Source: Chiloscyllium plagiosum (Eukaryota). From it: a stretch of DNA of 64,000 bases. The stretch covers positions 9,341,164 through 9,405,163 of the forward strand of contig NC_057720.1 of the NCBI RefSeq assembly GCF_004010195.1, given 5' to 3'. The translations under genes were made by a program, and so were the position numbers. This document shows, in pieces, positions 61,340 through 64,000 of the stretch; the stretch's first letter is position 1, and the number at the start of each line of letters is the position of its first letter. The notes below the pieces were generated by a model. That model had not been told where the DNA came from. It saw only the letters and a program-made list of their open reading frames with translations, and ran no database searches.

Positions 61340-61740
61340 ATACAGCTGAAGTATTGCATCTTGCACTCATCAGGACAAATGCAAGAATGCCAAATTTCAA
61401 ATGATCACAACCAGTTATGCTACAGATGCAGATTGTTGGAAAACTCGACTGTGATTGGCTGAAATGCTGCTGTGGAGAAAGTTATCAGGAACTATAGTCT
61501 CTTCAAGCTCCTGGATAATTCAAAAATCGTGCAAGGCCTCAACATATTCCTTTAGTTTGCCGAGAACAGGATCTTGCAGATCAATGTATGTCACTTATAT
61601 CAAGTGCAAATGAAGCACACTATTAGCTTTACTGTTTTTCATAAGTGAGGTAAACACTAAAATTACTAATGTAGCTATTAGCACATTCAGGTATGTTCAG
61701 GAACTACCACCCAAGTGCAGACTCACATCTGACAGTAAAT
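61340..61740 (-). mobile_element. Old PLE remnant, third family (GIY-YIG C-terminus plus decayed hammerhead)
   Basis: Minus frame LHLHLI*VTYIDLQDPVLGKLKEYVEALHDF*, followed downstream by CCTGATGAGTGCAAGATG. Confidence 0.5.
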
Positions 61741-61994
61741 GCTTTGTTTTGAGTTTTTCAATTGTGGGTTGGTTGAGTCCTAACTTCCTCTGCCTATTAT
61801 GAACAATTGAAGATATTTCTATTTGATTCAATCAGCCAACCATTGGAGTCTGAGGTCTAATACAATGTCCAGTGCATTGAACTGCATTGAAACAGGACTG
61901 GATGCAACATCCTGTCTTGGAAACTATCACTACAACTTGAGTGTGTATAATCCACTGCCTAGCCACTGAGTGAAGTTTTTGATTAAACTATTAT

Positions 61995-62340
61995 AGAGTC
62001 ATACAGTACGAAACAGACCCCTTCAGTCTAACCAGTCCATGCTGAACATAGTCCGAAACGAAACTAGCCCTACCTGCCTGCTCCTGGCCCATATCCCTTC
62101 AAACCTTTCCTGTTCATGGATTTATCCAAATGTCTTTTAAACGTTATAATTGTACCCACATCCACCATTTCCTCAGGAGGCTCATTCCACACACGAATCA
62201 CACTCTGCATAAAAGAATTAAATTTATCTTCTCTCGTGCTCCCCCAGTCTTGAAATATGTCATCCAAGGGAACAGACACCTACCATTAACTCTATCTATA
62301 CCTTATTATTTTATAAATTTCTGTCAAGTTGCCTCTCAAT
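61995..62340 (-). mobile_element. CR1 3' end
   Basis: VIRVWNEPPEEMVDVGTIITFKRHLDK. Confidence 0.85.
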
Positions 62341-62489
62341 TCAAATTTTTGAGATTCTTTGCTTTTCCAGGGAAGACTGGGTAGCCTTTGCTTTAGTGGT
62401 TTGAAAGTAAAAGGGGAATGGCAAGTCTGAATTGCAACTTAATTTGATGAACAACATTAGCACAAAGGGACAGAGGTTCAAATTCATAG

Positions 62490-62928
62490 AGGGTGGCAGA
62501 GTGGTTAGCACTGCAGCCTCATAGCACCAGGGACCCAGATTCAATTCGAGACTTGTGTGGAGTTTGCACATTCTCCCCATGTTTGTTTTTCTTAAAAAAA
62601 AGATTGAATTCCGACAGTGCAGAAAGAGGCCATTTGGCCAATCATGTCCACACCAAACCTCCGAAGGACATCCCTGCCAGACTCAGCCCCCCACTCTATT
62701 CCTGTAACCCTGCATTTCCCATTGTAACCATACCCATGAACACTATCGGCAATTTAGCATGGCCAATCCATATAACCTGCACATCTTTTGACTGTGGGAG
62801 GAAAGCAGAGTACTTGGAGGAAACCCACGCAGACACAGGGAGAACATGGAAATCTCACACAGATAGTCGCCTGAGGCTGGAATCCATCCTGGGTCCCTGG
62901 TGCTGTGAGGCTAACTACTGAGTCACCC
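62490..62928. mobile_element. HE1 SINE head (+, 62490-62585) followed by an HE1 SINE (-, 62600-62928)
   Basis: tRNA-like heads at both outer ends in opposite orientation. Confidence 0.8.
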
Positions 62929-64000
62929 TGACATCTTCAGGTGTTTTGCTTTCCTCCCACAGTCCAGAAATATTACTTAATTGTCAACAGTTATCATAGC
63001 ACTGAAAAGTGACTCACTCCAGAATGAATGTGACAAAAATTTCTGGGATGAATTTAGTTCCTATCCAGACAGCTACAAAATCCATTTCACACCATTGGTG
63101 CATGTCAATGATGAGCCAGACAGCAAGATACTTTAATTTTTGCAAAGTAAACAGCCAAGGGTCACCAGGTGGATATTCCCTCACCTGAAGTTGCCTAACA
63201 TTTACCTACAAATAACGGGAAGCATCATCGGCCTCACCATTATATTGACAGGAAAATCTGGGCTGTTGTGTGAGCAACTTGACAGGCTTCATCTCAGCAT
63301 CATTTTCTGTGGTAAACACTTAGAATTTTAAAGCTATTACTGTCTATGTGCTTTTATTGCAGTTTTTGATTTTTCAGGCAGTGAGGATTATGTGGCCTGC
63401 ATTGAAATTGGGTGAACATAAGTAAGGAACCTTGAACATCCCCACGCCATTGCAACTCTGCGACTGGCATTAATATAACCTTCGGACCCGGGCTGAAATG
63501 AATTTCTTTGTTATTACCATTACATAATGCCTCAGCCTCGGGCTGATGTTGCACCTGTGATTTGGCTGAGATTGGGAACTCAATCACTTCCATCAGAATG
63601 TTTTTTTTTAATTCAGTCATGGGATGTGAGCATCTCCAGCTGAGTCAGCATAAATTGCCTGTCCATGGAAACAAATCAAATAGGAGTAGGCCATTCAGCT
63701 CTTTGGGCCTGCTCCACAATTCAATATGATCATGGTTAATCTTCCAACTCTGGATCCTGTTCCTGCATTTTCCCTGTCCTGTTTATCACTAAGGACTGTA
63801 TCTAACTCCTTCTTTAAACAGCCAATGTTTTGGTATCAATTGTTTTCCATGGCAATGATTTCCACAGCATCACCACTCTCTGGGAGAACAATTTCATCTC
63901 AATTTTATCTCACTCCTTATTGGCTCACCCTATAATCTTAAACTATGACCCTTAGTTCTAGACTCCTCAGGAACATCCTTCCTGCATTTATCCTGCCAAA

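Overview
Repeat-dense, apparently gene-free vertebrate DNA, most likely from an elasmobranch (shark), inferred from the HE1-type V-SINEs with CR1/HER1-type tails and SacSINE1-like DeuSINE remnants. I found no host exon, rRNA or genuine tRNA gene that I can support; the long ORFs are transposon pieces or chance frames. The window holds CR1 LINE fragments, a second LINE with a matching tRNA-SINE, Rex1-like ends, four solo LTRs (three with 4-bp TSDs), an assembly gap (48143-48925), and about 20 Penelope-like element (PLE) termini from several families, many with a minimal hammerhead-ribozyme motif and many arranged as short palindromes with TSDs. The most unusual structure is at 22305-23922. There a 12-bp motif (ATAAACAGGAGT, the TATA-box region of an LTR) recurs about 12 times, and the copies are separated by poly(A)-tailed fragments of mostly one structured parent sequence with differing 5' and 3' ends. 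This looks like serial, site-specific retro-insertion into one regenerated target. A second oddity is a Penelope insertion (33102-35596) whose 16-bp TSD appears to enclose an inverted ORF piece and about 1.65 kb of older genomic DNA. Repeat boundaries are by eye and approximate unless a TSD is given.
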